In this document: positions 11,791-25,023 of the stretch, piece after piece
Position numbering within the stretch: the stretch's first letter is position 1
Layout: every line of letters starts with the position of its first letter
NCBI GenBank assembly: GCA_964247055.1
Contig: OZ176055.1
Location: 4,526,001 to 4,590,000, forward strand
Reading direction: 5' to 3'
Length of the DNA: 64,000 nucleotides
From: Paragordius varius
Lineage: Eukaryota; Animalia; Nematomorpha
Translations under genes and position numbers: made by a program
Notes under the pieces: model-generated
What the model saw: the letters and a program-made list of their open reading frames with translations, nothing else
Told to the model about the DNA's origin: nothing
Databases searched by the model: none

Positions 11791-14605
11791 AACAAAGAAA
11801 AAATGGCGGCAAAAAAGTTTGAGATAGGGATATTTTTCAATTTACATATTTTTTTAAAAAAATGATATTATGCGCCTAAAAGGATAAAGACAGCATATTT
11901 TTAATTAATGCCTTAATTGCCCTTTAAAAATTTTAATTTTTATCGCTGTTGCATATAAAGCAGGCCCAGTAGATCAGAAAATGTTATTACTCCAATAATT
12001 GAATTACTAAAAATCTTTAATTTTGGGGGTGGTTGGCTAACAAGTGTTACATGATATGGAGCTATAATTTAATATGCTACATTTTTTAAAAAATCAATTT
12101 CTTAAGAAGATATTGTTTTGGAAGCCCATAAAGTATTTCGCCCGAAATAGCAATATTATAAAAACATGATAAATACGCATAAACATTTCAAGACCTATGT
12201 TCGGAGTTTTATACCGCAGGCTTAAAGTAGTAAACAACTATTGTTATAACACTGTGCGCAAAAAAGGGGGCTAAAAAAATAAACAAACATGATTTTTATC
12301 TAAAATAATAAGAAATCCCTTGGAAAAGGAGACCGCAAAAATTTTGGGGCAAAATGCGCCCCAAAATGGAAATATTCCATTTTTTCATTTTTGACTAGAA
12401 ATAGACTTTTGTCCATATTTTTAAACTTATTGGGCAAACATGATAAAACTTTTATATATTATATAAAACCTAATTCATTTTTAAGAAAAATAAATAAAAT
12501 TATTTTAAAGTATCAATAATTTTTTTTATTCCTCAAAAATAGAAATTCGTAAATTTTATGACATTGCCGAAATATATTATAAAAAAATTATTTGTAAGAA
12601 CCCCATATTGTTTTTATTATTTAAGTTTATGATTTATATATAACATACCAAAGAGTTGGTATATATAATAAAGGCTATGTATCTTTTTAAGTCCCTCATA
12701 AAATTTGTATTTTTTGAAAAATTTTCGCGATTTTTTTTGCATTTTCCTCACATGCATCTCACTGTTTCATAAATACAAATCCGCAATTTTCAAAGAATAC
12801 TGAAAAAACCAATAAAACTTCAAGATTATGAAAATCCCTTTACCTTGGATAAAAGTATATATATATATTATTTAATAACATAGTTAATAAATTCAATTGC
12901 AAATTGAATAAAGACCTTTTCTGCTAAATATGTGGAAGGTATCATCGCCCTACAAATTTGATTAAAATAACTGAACAAATAATTACCTATTACAACATGT
13001 ATTTTGCTGGGAAATTAGTTCATTAGAAGGAGATATGAGCCCACAGCAAGGTATACTAATTCCGGTGGAGGGCTACAGACCAGGATGGAGAACGGTTCCA
13101 TCAAACGCTCAAACATATAGAAAAAAACTATTAGTTCCAATAGTTGGTGAATACTATTGGAATCACTTTATGTCTGACTAATATATTCATTATGTATAAA
13201 TAAATTTAAATTCTTATATGTATTTAAGTGTTGTTGTTGGGTTAGACTTGAGGAGATCAACAGTTTCCAAAGTTAATTCATATTTTTCAACTATAATATA
13301 CAATTTCTTGCCATTTTACGACTAAAAATTTAAATGGATGGTGGCGAAAAAGTTTGTGATGACGATTTTGCATTTTATTAAATAATGTATGTATCATGTG
13401 CCTAAAAAGCTAAAGAAATCATATTCGTAAATTTGGTCCAATGCAAAAAATATTTTTTAAGATATTAATATTTCAAATGGCCCTGTGTTATATAGCACAA
13501 TGATTATGTTAAAGTACAAAATTAAGATTAAAATATTTGGTAATCTTACACTTCTATATGTTATCTATCATTTAATATGTAAAAGTCATATCAATTGGTA
13601 AAATATATTTAATTATAAAATTTTTGTTTAGCATATTTTTACTATTGGTGATAGTCTACCCCAAGGCGATTTTAAAAAATAAAGAAAGAATGTATGATAG
13701 TGGGCCCAATTTAGTACAATCTTTATAGTCACAAATAATATCTATCTTAAAATATCTTCCGATCTTAAACTTTTTAGACGCTAATTTTTTGGCTTTTTGA
13801 TTCGCGAAACAGTCTGGCAAATTATAAATAGCGTGAAAATATAGGATTTATCTTTTGGTTTATATTTTGACAGCAAGTTTTTGTATTAATTTCATTTATT
13901 AGTAGCTCTTTTTTCGAAGTGAATTTGAGTTCTATTAAAATTAATGTAAAATCATATTATTGCCAAAATACTTTTAATTTTAATTTATAAATCATTTTCA
14001 TAATAATACAAATAATAGATGGTGTAAATGGTAGCACATGCAAACATATATGGGAATAAACTAAAAATTGTTTGTTTAAATTTATATGAATGACTCATTT
14101 TTAGCAGCATCGTATTGTATAGAAAAAATTTAATAAAATTTTAATATGCTTACGGTTTCCATGATTCATTAAATATTGAATACGAACACGATTTAGCAAA
14201 TTTAAATATTTAAGAATTGTCCATTTTGAAAAAACTAATTTATTTTATTGTCCAAAATATACTAGTGTATAAAAAGGGCACTAGCCCAATTTAACAGATT
14301 GTATTTCTTTTTAAAAATATAGTTATAGTTAAAAAGAGGGGACGGGAATTCGCTAATGAGGTTCACAAGATTTTTAGAAAACGCCGCATACACAAAATAG
14401 TTTGGCGACCATATATGGAATTTGTGATTTAGGCAAACACCAAAATTTACATCATAATATTATATAATAGTTTTTAACAATAAAAAACTTTTAATATTCA
14501 ACAACAATCATTTTTTTCATCTGGTATTCATGATTTATTTATTATTATTATTTTAATTATGATTTAGTTTTTTTTTCATTATAAAATTTCTGTTAATGAT
14601 GCACA

Positions 14606-14947
14606 ATGGAAATACCACAACAAAATAACATTTCAAATATTCCAACAAACCAACAATTAGTGGCAACTAATCCATTTAATTCTCTAGGACCTGGTTATAA
14701 AGCACCAATGGCCAATCCAGCACCGTTTAATAATAACAATCTTTTGGGAGGCCAGGTTCCGACTTTCTTTAGTGTTGAAACTTCTAGGTTAGGGGGACCC
14801 AATGAAGTTCAAGTAATTTTAATTATAGGGTTTAAGCTACGATAGAATATTAAAATAGATACACGGACAAAACGTGACAAAGAATTTTTAGAGACAACCA
14901 TACTTTTAAACCTTAATATTTTTACATAAACCATAAAGTTACAATTT

Positions 14948-14983
<36 letters not shown>

Positions 14984-17900
14984 GAGAGAGTTGCTAGTTA
15001 ACAGAGCTAATCTTTATTTTGAATCAAAAAGATTGGTTTATTTAAAACATTAAGGGTTTAAAAATATGGTTGTCTTTTAGGTAAAATATTATAATTTTAT
15101 TACGTTTTGTCTGTATATTTTTAATTTTTAATGTAACTACCATAAATATCGACACAATTCTATATGTATTTAGCGTTTTCCTCAGGCCCTATCACCTCAG
15201 GCACCTCCTTTAATGGGCCCTTTTATTACGGAAACGGTTCCCGCCCCAAATACAATCGTTTTCTCATCAGATCCGTATTTGTCTACAACGACAACCACAA
15301 CTACTGGAATCGCGGAAGTCAAATTAGAGGGCAATAAAATGACAGTAAAATATTGAGATTTATATGTTATTGGAAACTAGATGAACAAGCAGTTTATATA
15401 AAAAGCAGAATTTGATTCTGTAAATTAGTAATATGTAACGCTTATAAATGACAATATATAGATGAAACATGTAAGAAAGCGTATGGTATTTAGGTCCATA
15501 AGTTTGGATAATTTATTTATACGAAGGGCTGAAAAACTTCCATTCATATGCCAATCTTCAATTATACTTTATAAAATAATACTGGGTGGGGTATCAAAAT
15601 TTCATCATTCCAAGCATTATGTTAGGCAAAAAATAAGAATCAACATAGAGCATTTCTCAAAATCTCTTTAAAACAAAAATATTTTGTTATTAGATAACTA
15701 CGAATGTTTCACCCTTTCCCCCAGATAAAATTCAAGTTATTGCACAAGATAATAGAATAACTATACGAGCAATGGCCCAAGAAGATAAAGACGCTAATGG
15801 TTTCATACGTACGAAAGAGTTTCATCGCCAATATCTTATCCCTATGGGCTGTGATACGGAAAAAATGCGATGCGCTTATGAAAATGGCTTACTTCGTGTC
15901 AAGGTATTTTTCACCCATTATATTTTTTTGGTTTATATATGGTAATTTTAAACATATTCTAATTGTCGATGGAGTAAACTGTTTAAAGATAACATAAATA
16001 ATTTTTTAAATTAGATATGATAAATGCAAATTAGGTTAATTTAATTAACAATAATTGGCTCTTTTGAAATGTATGTATTTTTAAAACACATTAATACGTA
16101 ATCCAGTATTAAATTATCAAAATATCAGAAGAATAAGGTGAAATATATTTTGGCTTAAGTTACCTGAAAAAACGACTAAAAAATTTATGTAGCATATTTA
16201 TATCAGGCGGCAAAAATTGAAATTTTAACTGACCCATAGTATAAATCGATGAATTATAAGGAATAATAAACAAGACCACGCATATCACATCATTTTATTA
16301 ACGTATAAACAAAAAATAAGTTGTTTTAACCAGGATTAAAAAAAAGGCTAAACTGGTTCTCGGACGATTTAGAAGGAAAAAGAGGTTAAGGGCAAAACAA
16401 CAAATTTATGTCAATTTTTAAAAAGGGTTATTTTTTATTTTACAAATTTAAATGTATTTTTAATTATAATTTTTGTTTAAACCTTTGGATCGGAATTCTT
16501 TTGAGGCTATATTAACAAAACATTTATTATAAAACAAGTAAAAGCCCTTTTTAAATTGAACATTGAATATTGATATACTAGCAAAGGAGTGACCCACACA
16601 AATGGCTTCAAGAAACGTATTATTAAATTAAAAAATCCGGCAGGCCGCATTGGCAAAATATATGGGAATTAATAAATATTTTATTTTTCAAACATAAGAC
16701 TGTAAAAATTACTATTTATTTTAACATTTTTGTTAGTTAATTTCCAAAATTTAAAAAGATTTATGCATAAATATCGTTTAAGAAAATCAATTATTTTGTA
16801 AAATTTTGTATTTGAAATTTCTCGGGGCTGCAAATTTCGGAGGGCCGCGAGTTTGACACTCCAGTACTAGCATATAAAATTTAAATATTACATTTATGTG
16901 AAGAATAGAGTGACTTAAAACTTAAATGTTACAAACTTTAATTGTTTAGTTGCCAGGAATTTTAAAGATCAGGTGCACATTTATTTATAAATTATCTAAT
17001 TCAATATTTCTAATACCACGGTATATATGATATTAAATAATTAACGCTAAAACTTTAATACATCATTTTTTTAAAAATATCAATATGATTTTTCAATTTT
17101 GAGAACCGCATACAAATACGTATATTGTTTTGTTTTCTAAAAAACCATTATAATTATTCATGGTTTATCCACTCAATTTTATAATGTATATTTGTTTAAA
17201 TGTGTAATCGAATGATAGCGGCCTTCCAAAAATATTTTTCTTTTGCAAACTAAGCCAATTTTAATTTTTTTAAAACACCATTAACAAAAGAACAGAACCA
17301 GCTTCAAAGCTGGTACCTTAATTAAGTTACAGTGAGGGCTCAAATAATTTAGTGTATTGCTTATAAAAATACAAAAAGATTAAGTGACGATTTATGGAAA
17401 TGATGTCAAATCGAAAGAAATGAGCGCTCGTAACAACTTTTATTAATTGGAAACATATCTTAATTTTTCTATATATAAAGAATTTTTTATAGAAAAAATA
17501 TTACATACACTCTTCCTATTTAGAAAACTTCATATATTCTAGAGTACAATCAAAATGAGAAAAATAAATAACGTTTATAAAAAAATACAAATTTTATCAG
17601 TATGCCATTTGCACTTTAGGAGTGTCCCTGAACACTTCATGTTGGTCCTTCAGCTTTTTTATTTTAACCAATCAAACTCTAATTCATTCGTTTATATTAT
17701 CAAACCTATTCTCTTTATGCAGTCTAAACTTTTATATTAATAATTTTTAATCATTCAGAAACCGTAAATTTTTATTAATTTCTTCATAAATATTTTAATA
17801 ATAATAAGATTTTTGGATGTAAAAGAAAAGTATATAAGTTTTCTGGAAAATTAATTACTATTTTTCGTTAAAACCCTTTATAAATTAATACTGCTAAATT

Positions 17901-18258
17901 AAAAAAATAAATTTTAATTGAATAAATATATTATAAATCAAGAAAATTAGTATGCAAAATTGGTTAAATCCAAACTATGAAAGTTTAAGAACCAACTTGA
18001 AGTGTTCAACAACACTCTTGAATTGCAAATGGTATATAATAATTTGACTTTAAAAAAATAAATTTGTAATAATCTTTTGATTTTTAATGTTAGGTGCAAC
18101 TTCCGAATCACAATGAAAAAATTTTGCCGATAGACCTGGCCCCTAAAAGAAGTAAAGATTTGCTCATAACAACTAACAATGGTGGAAATAGCGCATCAAA
18201 AATAAATCAATTTAATCCTCAACCACAGGGTCTCAATCAGTGGAATGCAAATATCTAA
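14606..18258 (+). CDS. Small heat-shock/alpha-crystallin domain protein with long Pro/Asn/Thr-rich N-terminus (about 250 aa)
   Basis: Exons 14606-14812, 15174-15344, 15694-15903, 18094-18258, all phase 0 with GT-AG. ACD reads GIAEVKLEGNKMT|ITTNVSPFPPDKIQV...KEFHRQYLIP...YENGLLRVK|VQLP. TAA at 18256-18258. Confidence 0.85.
16584..16864. mobile_element. hAT-Charlie-like MITE
   Basis: Perfect 8-bp TSD TACTAGCA (16576-16583 and 16865-16872). Ends resemble CAGGGGTGTCCAAC...GTTGGACACCCCTG, with internal GGCCGC motifs. Confidence 0.75.
17604..18033. mobile_element. MITE with about 50-bp TIRs (MULE-like); related ends near 39030 and 40480-40525
   Basis: Left end CCATTTGCACTTTAGGAGTGTCCCTGAACACTTCATGTTGGTCCTT mirrors right end AACCAACTTGAAGTGTTCAACAACACTCTTGAATTGCAAATGG. 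No clear TSD. Confidence 0.55.
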
Positions 18259-18428
18259 ACTCTAATCATAATTATCATTTCTAAAATTTATAAATAAATC
18301 CGTGTTAGAGAATAATCAACTTAAATAAGATACACATATATGAAAAATGCAAAGATATGGTTTGTGAATCATAATTTGGTTTGAATAGAAAACTATATTT
18401 TTGGCAACTGTTGTCTATTGTGTTTTGT

Positions 18429-19536
18429 TCAGCCATTCATTATTGTTTTAATGAATTCTATAGTCACATATAAAATGTTAAAACAAAAAATAAAAATATT
18501 GAAATTTTTGCATGAAAAAAAAACCTTCATAAGGGATATTTCCATTATTATCTTCCTGACCGGCTACAAGTTGTTCCACTTCGTCTTCTGTTAAGCGCTC
18601 CCCTTTATACAAAAAAATAATTTTAACTTTTTACTCAAATTGTATCCTAGAAATAGGGGAGTGCCATATAATTTGGTTCAATTTATAAAATTAATCCCAA
18701 AAACATGAGAATTATTTTCGATAACATTAATATAGAGGCCAATATTTTTATGAAATTAAATAAAAAATAGGGAAACATCATTAAATTCTAATGATATATA
18801 TTACTAACCATCCAAAAGAATCAATAATTATCAGTGATCAGACAGCTTCCCCCCACCCCTTACAATTTTTTTTAAATATATACATGCGCATGCACTGGTT
18901 TTTGAATTGCATATTTTCATAAGTTGATTTTTAATTAATATACAGACGAATCAATTCCTTAATTATTGAAATAATATTTTATATATTTGTTAAATGTAAC
19001 ATAAAAATCTTGTATGAAGAGCTGATAAGAGATAAAAAGTTGCTTATTTTACTTATAATCAGTATAATTATATGGGGGAGACATATATAAATGTTAACTC
19101 TTCTCTTTTTTTTTCCAATTCGTATATAAAAATTAAATTGTACCGATAGTGGTCAACAAATGCCGTAATTCCGCACTGCTCATTGTTCCGTTATTGTCTT
19201 TGTCGAAAACGCGTAAACCTTCAATAAAATCTTGTATAGAAGGTTTCTGATTATTTTTCATAAATGTCAAAAGTATTGGAAGGAATACATCAAAAGGCAA
19301 CCTTTCATCTGTTTTATAAAAGTATTATGAATAACCATGTTTTTCAGGCGGAGCATGTTTTTTTACTTCCATTTCTGTGGGGTTTTGGCCCATGGCTCTT
19401 AAAACATCTCCAAATTGTGAAAAATATATTTTTCCATCACCTTTGGTATCAAATATGTTAAATGTTTCATGAAGTTCTACATTAAAAATAATTATATAGT
19501 TTTACCGTTTATTTGTTCATCATTTAACATCATCAT
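18429..19536 (-). CDS. Myosin essential (alkali) light chain, MYL6/Mlc-c-like (about 147 aa); absent from the ORF track
   Basis: Exons 19536-19506, 19476-19336, 19308-19144, 18602-18525, 18457-18429. Reads [12 protein letters not shown]...[15 protein letters not shown]...[61 protein letters not shown]. Confidence 0.95.
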
Positions 19537-19577
19537 GCGAAAAAATGAATGAATTAAACTCAAAAAAGATTTAAAAT

Positions 19578-21548
19578 ATGTTTGCGCCTCGACGTAGACG
19601 TGATAATTATGGAGTTTTCCTTTTGGCAATGCAAATATTTTCATTCGGATATCAAAATATTCCCCCGGTTACATTATCCACGATGCTCCTTAATATTGCA
19701 ATATATCTCAATTTAATACCGATGCCTTCTCTCACAAATGTAAGCTAATCGGTATAAATTTTATATTATCTTTTATATCATTTATATAAATAGTGGATTA
19801 AATCTTTTCAAACATCCAACTAATGATTTCTTTATGGAACTTTTTTCAACGGTTTTTATTTTTGATAAAGCGAATCCCTAGCCAGTATCAATAAAATTAG
19901 ATAACATTTGTTTTGGTCATTTTATTTGCATTTAAATAAATAAATATTTATTAAAAGTTACAATAATTTCCGGAATAATTAAGTCTATTTTTGCTATAAA
20001 TTTTTATTTTGCTTTACTTAAAGATTTGTCTAAATCCATTCGAAGTGTTGAAACGTCGGGAGTATTGGCGCTTATTACTGGCAAGCTTGTTCCATGTTGA
20101 TGATATGCACTTATATTACAATATGATATCATTTATGTGGAAAGGTCGAACTCTGGAACACATGTTTGGGTCGGCTTATTTTGCCCTCCTGCTTGCAATC
20201 TTTTCTCTGCTCTGTAATCTTACGCATATAATGATCTCACATCTCCTATTCATCGTTACGCAGAGTATGAATTTTGAATATGGATGTGCTGTGGGATTTT
20301 CGGGTATACTTTGTACCTATATATCCGTTCATACGAATTAATGCGTTAAAAAATGTAAAACTAATATTTTTTGGGTAATTTTAGGCTTTATTTATCTACA
20401 TCTAAGCATCGTTATGGCGTCGCGGTTCTAAAAAATTTTTGAGTACCGTTGTGCTGTAGTTTTTTCGGTCAAACGTTATATTGGTATATCCTACAAAATT
20501 GAAGTTTTTTCTTTTAAAAAGGAATTTTGTTATACAGCTGCGTAAAAGTAATGAATATTTGGATTTTTGAGACTTAAGCTTGATTCTAATATTATAACGT
20601 CGTGGATCTAACATATATTCCATTTTGAATAGGTTCTTTTTTGAATAGAATATTTTTTGCGATTTTTGAGGCAATTATGGCTTTGAATGGTATGTAATAG
20701 ATCGAGAAAATTTTATGTTTTACAATTTTGAAAATTATTTAAATTATATTGAAACTTTTAGATATCAGTGATAGATATACATAAAAGAGTTAAAATCCAT
20801 ATTATATTATAATATGATATTATAAACTTTGGCATATCCGTACCATCAAAGGGCTTATTTAATTAAATTTTAAATATAAGCGATAAATTATCGGCAAATT
20901 TTTAATTTCGGTAATTAAATTTAAAAAAATATATAAAAACAGTTAATTTTTTGTATCAAAGTTATAAAATCTGGGATTTATATATTTTATAGGCATTTTA
21001 ATTTATTAGTTTTTTGTAATTTATTTGAGCTATAAAATGAAAGTGTTAACTTATTTTACCTAACACATTAGGCGGTCCCTCAAATAGATTATTTCACTTA
21101 TCAAATCTTTCTAAAAGGCTTTTTATAAATATAAGGTTAATGTTTTTAGTAATAGTATTTCATCCTGTGAAATAGCTAAAATTTAGGATTTAATATTCTT
21201 ACACACTATTTTTCAATATAATTTGGTCTTTTTTCTACTTTCCTTCTTATATTTTTTACATATATAAAATATTTATATATAGGAGTTATATTTGCGCTCA
21301 AAGTTCTCACTACAGAGTATACAGAGACTGGTGATGTATTCATTATGGGAATTTTACCGATTCCATCAAAATATGCCCTTTGGGCCGAACTTATTCTAAT
21401 AAGTTTCATGGTTCCAGAAGCTTCTTTTATTGGTCATTTGTCTGGAATTTTGGTTGGTTTGTGTTATGTCCATGGCCCGCTCAAAAAATTTGTAAATACC
21501 ATGTATTACAATTACATGGAGCCCATCATTCAAAATTTTATGGAATGA
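19578..21548 (+). CDS. RHBDD1: Rhomboid-related protein 4 (RHBDL4) intramembrane serine protease (about 235 aa)
   Basis: Exons 19578-19739, 20024-20303, 21283-21548. Motifs IPPVTL, HVDDMHLYYNMISFMWKGRTLE, catalytic AVGFSGV and SFIGHLSGILVG. The 3' end could extend through an unseen exon. Confidence 0.92.
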
Positions 21549-23763
21549 AACAAAGTGTATTTTGTAAATAATGTACATATACAAATGCAATATAGTCATA
21601 CATATTTTATTTGGTTGGTGATATGTTATGAATAAAAACGCGATATGTTTTATATATATATATATATATATATAGGAAAATTATTTAATAAATAGGCTCA
21701 ATATATACCGTTATGAGTATCGAAAAAAGGTTATATATTATCTGATAGCTAATATTCTAAATATCAAAATTCAAAGTTCATAGGAAAAGTTATCATTACT
21801 ACTATTGACCAAAGTAAATGGCGTGTTGGTTAGTTTTATTTTCGTCAAGAATCTCTCCGACATTATATATTAAAAAATCACTTTGTCGTAATATTTGTAC
21901 AAAAAATATGGCCGTCAAATATACTAATTGTATATCATATTATATATATTATATTTTTTTTATCTAAAACATAGTCTGAATGCATCAATGCGAAATTATT
22001 TGCAAAACCCTTTTCTAACTAATTAGATACAAAAAAACTATCGGCTTATATATCCGAAAACCGTGATCTAAAATTTCTGTTCAGCACATTGCAGTTTTCA
22101 AGTACATGAGTACATGCATTTAGCTATTAATCCCGCTCAAAAACTTTTATTTTTGACAGAAATATAACTATTTTGATCTATCAGATAATCCGATGATTAT
22201 TCGAGGACAATGACTAAGTCGTATAAAGTTTACTATTTTTAAATTTTGTTATAGTTAGGTTGATAAAATTTATGGTTGGTTAGGCATCTCCAATATTTTT
22301 ATACCTTACTTTTTCCAAATTTTAAACACAATTAATTGTTTACGCGCAAATGATAAATATTCGGTAATTATGGGACTATATAAAATGTATAGTGGTTTTA
22401 GATGTTTCACTATAAAGGCAATTTTAGACCCGTTCAATTAGCCACTAGATAGTAATTCAGTCTCTAAAATGTCCCTAATTAGTTTGAAGCAGCTTTTATA
22501 ATTATGAGAGAGTGTATTATCAAGCAGATTTTTAGAATTGCCCGTATAAAAACAAATACTTTAGTTGAATCCTTTTTCAAATATACCCCGGGGTAGGGTA
22601 CCGCTTTCTGTATAATGCACCTCCATACAAAAATTAGCAAATGTTTAGAACGGAAACGATATATAGATTCAATAAGGGTTTTAATTATTTTTAGTATAAA
22701 GACATAAAATACGTTACCATGAAATATAACCTTGGCTTTGCAGCAATTTTTTGTCCAAGTTATGAGAATATGTTAGATAAACTATAAATACATATATTCC
22801 CGGGTAATAAAAGCAAATAATTGATGAACACTCTTCTTCAAAACTAGAACTTCATCCATTGTAAAATAAACTACAATATAAAAATAAGGTCTCTTTGGAG
22901 CTAATTTTTAGAAATTATTTGAATTATATAGATTTAATATTTTTCGTCATATTTTGTATGAATGCAAACATGTTAGCCTAGCATTTTTTATCCTTGGGTC
23001 GGGTCCCGCCTGTTGTAAAACATGGCATCATATAAAATTTCAATGTATGGACTATGCAAAACAGCCTTTTATTTTTTATTTCAGCCATAATATATCATAA
23101 AATACTAATGATAGTGTTTATTAAGTCATAGCGATTGTGGCAAGCCACAGTTAGTAATCATATAAATATATGCCTTAGAACGACCCATAGCAACTAACCC
23201 TGTCTTCAATTATAACATGCCTTTCTTTACAAGATACATCATAATGCAGTGTGGAAAGGAAGGCGAGGGATCCTTTTTAAAGAGTGCCTACGGGTTTCCC
23301 TTAGTTGAAAACTTGAAATAAATTAATTTCTTTAACTTACTCTTATAAAAAGAATTTTTGTACTTTTCTTTACAAGATTTGCAGATAAAAATACACCCTT
23401 CTTTTTTCTAACAGATAAATCTGTTCAAATCCACCCTTTGTTTAATATAAACCTTTAGTGATTTGAAACAATCATCCTAAAAATAGGGCTTGGGAGAGAA
23501 ACAACATAGAACTAGAACACAACTACTAAAATATTAGGAACGTGTTCCGTTGGTTCGTAACCACTTTGGTTACATTCAACAGTCCAAAGTGTTTAGCATG
23601 CGGCCCACGAAAATAATTTTGAAAATCTATAATTTGCAAAAATATGCCACAAAATCTTAGTAAAATTGATATTTAAACAAATTTTTTGAAAAAATCTATC
23701 CAATTGCCAGCATATAGAAATTGTTTTATTGTTTTTTTATTACAGTTCTATGTTTAATATATA

Positions 23764-25023
23764 CTCTGTGTGCAAAAAAGAGGGTCATTTTGATTTAACG
23801 AAAAATTTTTTTTCATGAGATAGCTTATAACGAGCGAATTCATTTCCCGCATTTTTTTTTATTTGTTAACAACCTAGTTTTTGATATAATCAGAGAAAAT
23901 CATAATTGGGCAAAAAGTGAAAATTATGGATAATTAAGGATAATTTAAAAAATAATGATAAAAGTTGAGATATTATGATTGAATATCATTTTAGGGGATA
24001 TTTTCTTTAAATAAATAGCTTAAAATCTAGAAATAGGGTTTCTATAAAATCTCAAATTAAAGATGGCGTTTTTCTTTTAAAAGACTTAAAAGTCTTTTTT
24101 TATGAAACTATAATAAAATAATTTTTTTAATTATTTACTAGCTAAACTCACCATTAAAATCTTAACATTCATATTTTATTCAGTAAAAAAAAAACTTCTA
24201 TACCAAAATAAAACTAAGAAATATAGTTTTTTATTTTTTCAAATTTTTTTGTCATCTGGTTTATGAATGTATAAAAAGTTTAAACTGTTTTATTTTGGAA
24301 TATTAGATTGAAAATTATAAAGTATATAATTTATGCATAATATCATTTAAAAGTAGTGGAATATCAACCGACAATCTGTATAAATTCCTTTAACAAGTTT
24401 GTATAAAGACAAATTAATATTTTTTCTGGGATATATACGGACATTTGGTAGGATATCTGCTACTTTGAAATCTTATTATATACTTTATAACTCCCACTCA
24501 TGTAAGATTCCAAAACAAAACAATTTAAATTTTTATACACTCATAAACCAGATGACAAAAAAATGAAAAAATAAAAAACAATATTTCTTAGTTTTATTTT
24601 GATATAGAAGTTTTTTTACTGAATAAAATATGAATGTTAAGATTTTAATGGTGAGTTTAGCTAGTAAATAATTTAAAAAAATTATTCTATGGTTTCATAA
24701 AATTTCTGACTTTTAAGTGTGTTAAAAGAAAAACGCCATCTTAACTGAGATTTTATAGAAACCCTATTTATATGATTTTAGGCTATTTTATAGAAATATC
24801 TCCTAAAATGATAATCAATCATAATATCTCAACTTTTATCATTATTTTTTGAATTATCCTTAATTATCCATAATTTTCACTTTTTGCCCGATTATGATTT
24901 TCTCTGATTATTTCAAAAACTAGGTTGTTAACAAATAAAAATAAATGTGGGACATGAATTCGCTCGTTATAAGCCATCTCATTAAAAAAAAATGTTTCGT
25001 TAAAAATTTTTTTGCACACAGTG
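23764..25023. mobile_element. Foldback-type palindromic non-autonomous DNA transposon (about 600-bp arms, short spacer)
   Basis: Ends CTCTGTGTGCAAAAAA...TTTTTTGCACACAGTG. Arms mirror each other up to about 24365 and 24452. A second copy starts at 63690 and a related terminus is at 12250. Confidence 0.8.

Noticed and set aside
12900-13140. GC-richer patch resembling an RT fragment (KYVEGII)
   Set aside because: Too degenerate to assign; multiple stops in the frames I checked.
22561-22680. Possible extra RHBDD1 exon supplying the C-terminal p97-binding tail
   Set aside because: The resemblance (APPY...IYRF) is interrupted by stops and I found no phase-compatible splice sites.
23150-23520. GC-richer island with a GTAAGT...TTCAAG 29-nt intron-like segment on the minus strand
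   Set aside because: No open, phase-consistent exon chain could be built on either strand; probably TE debris.
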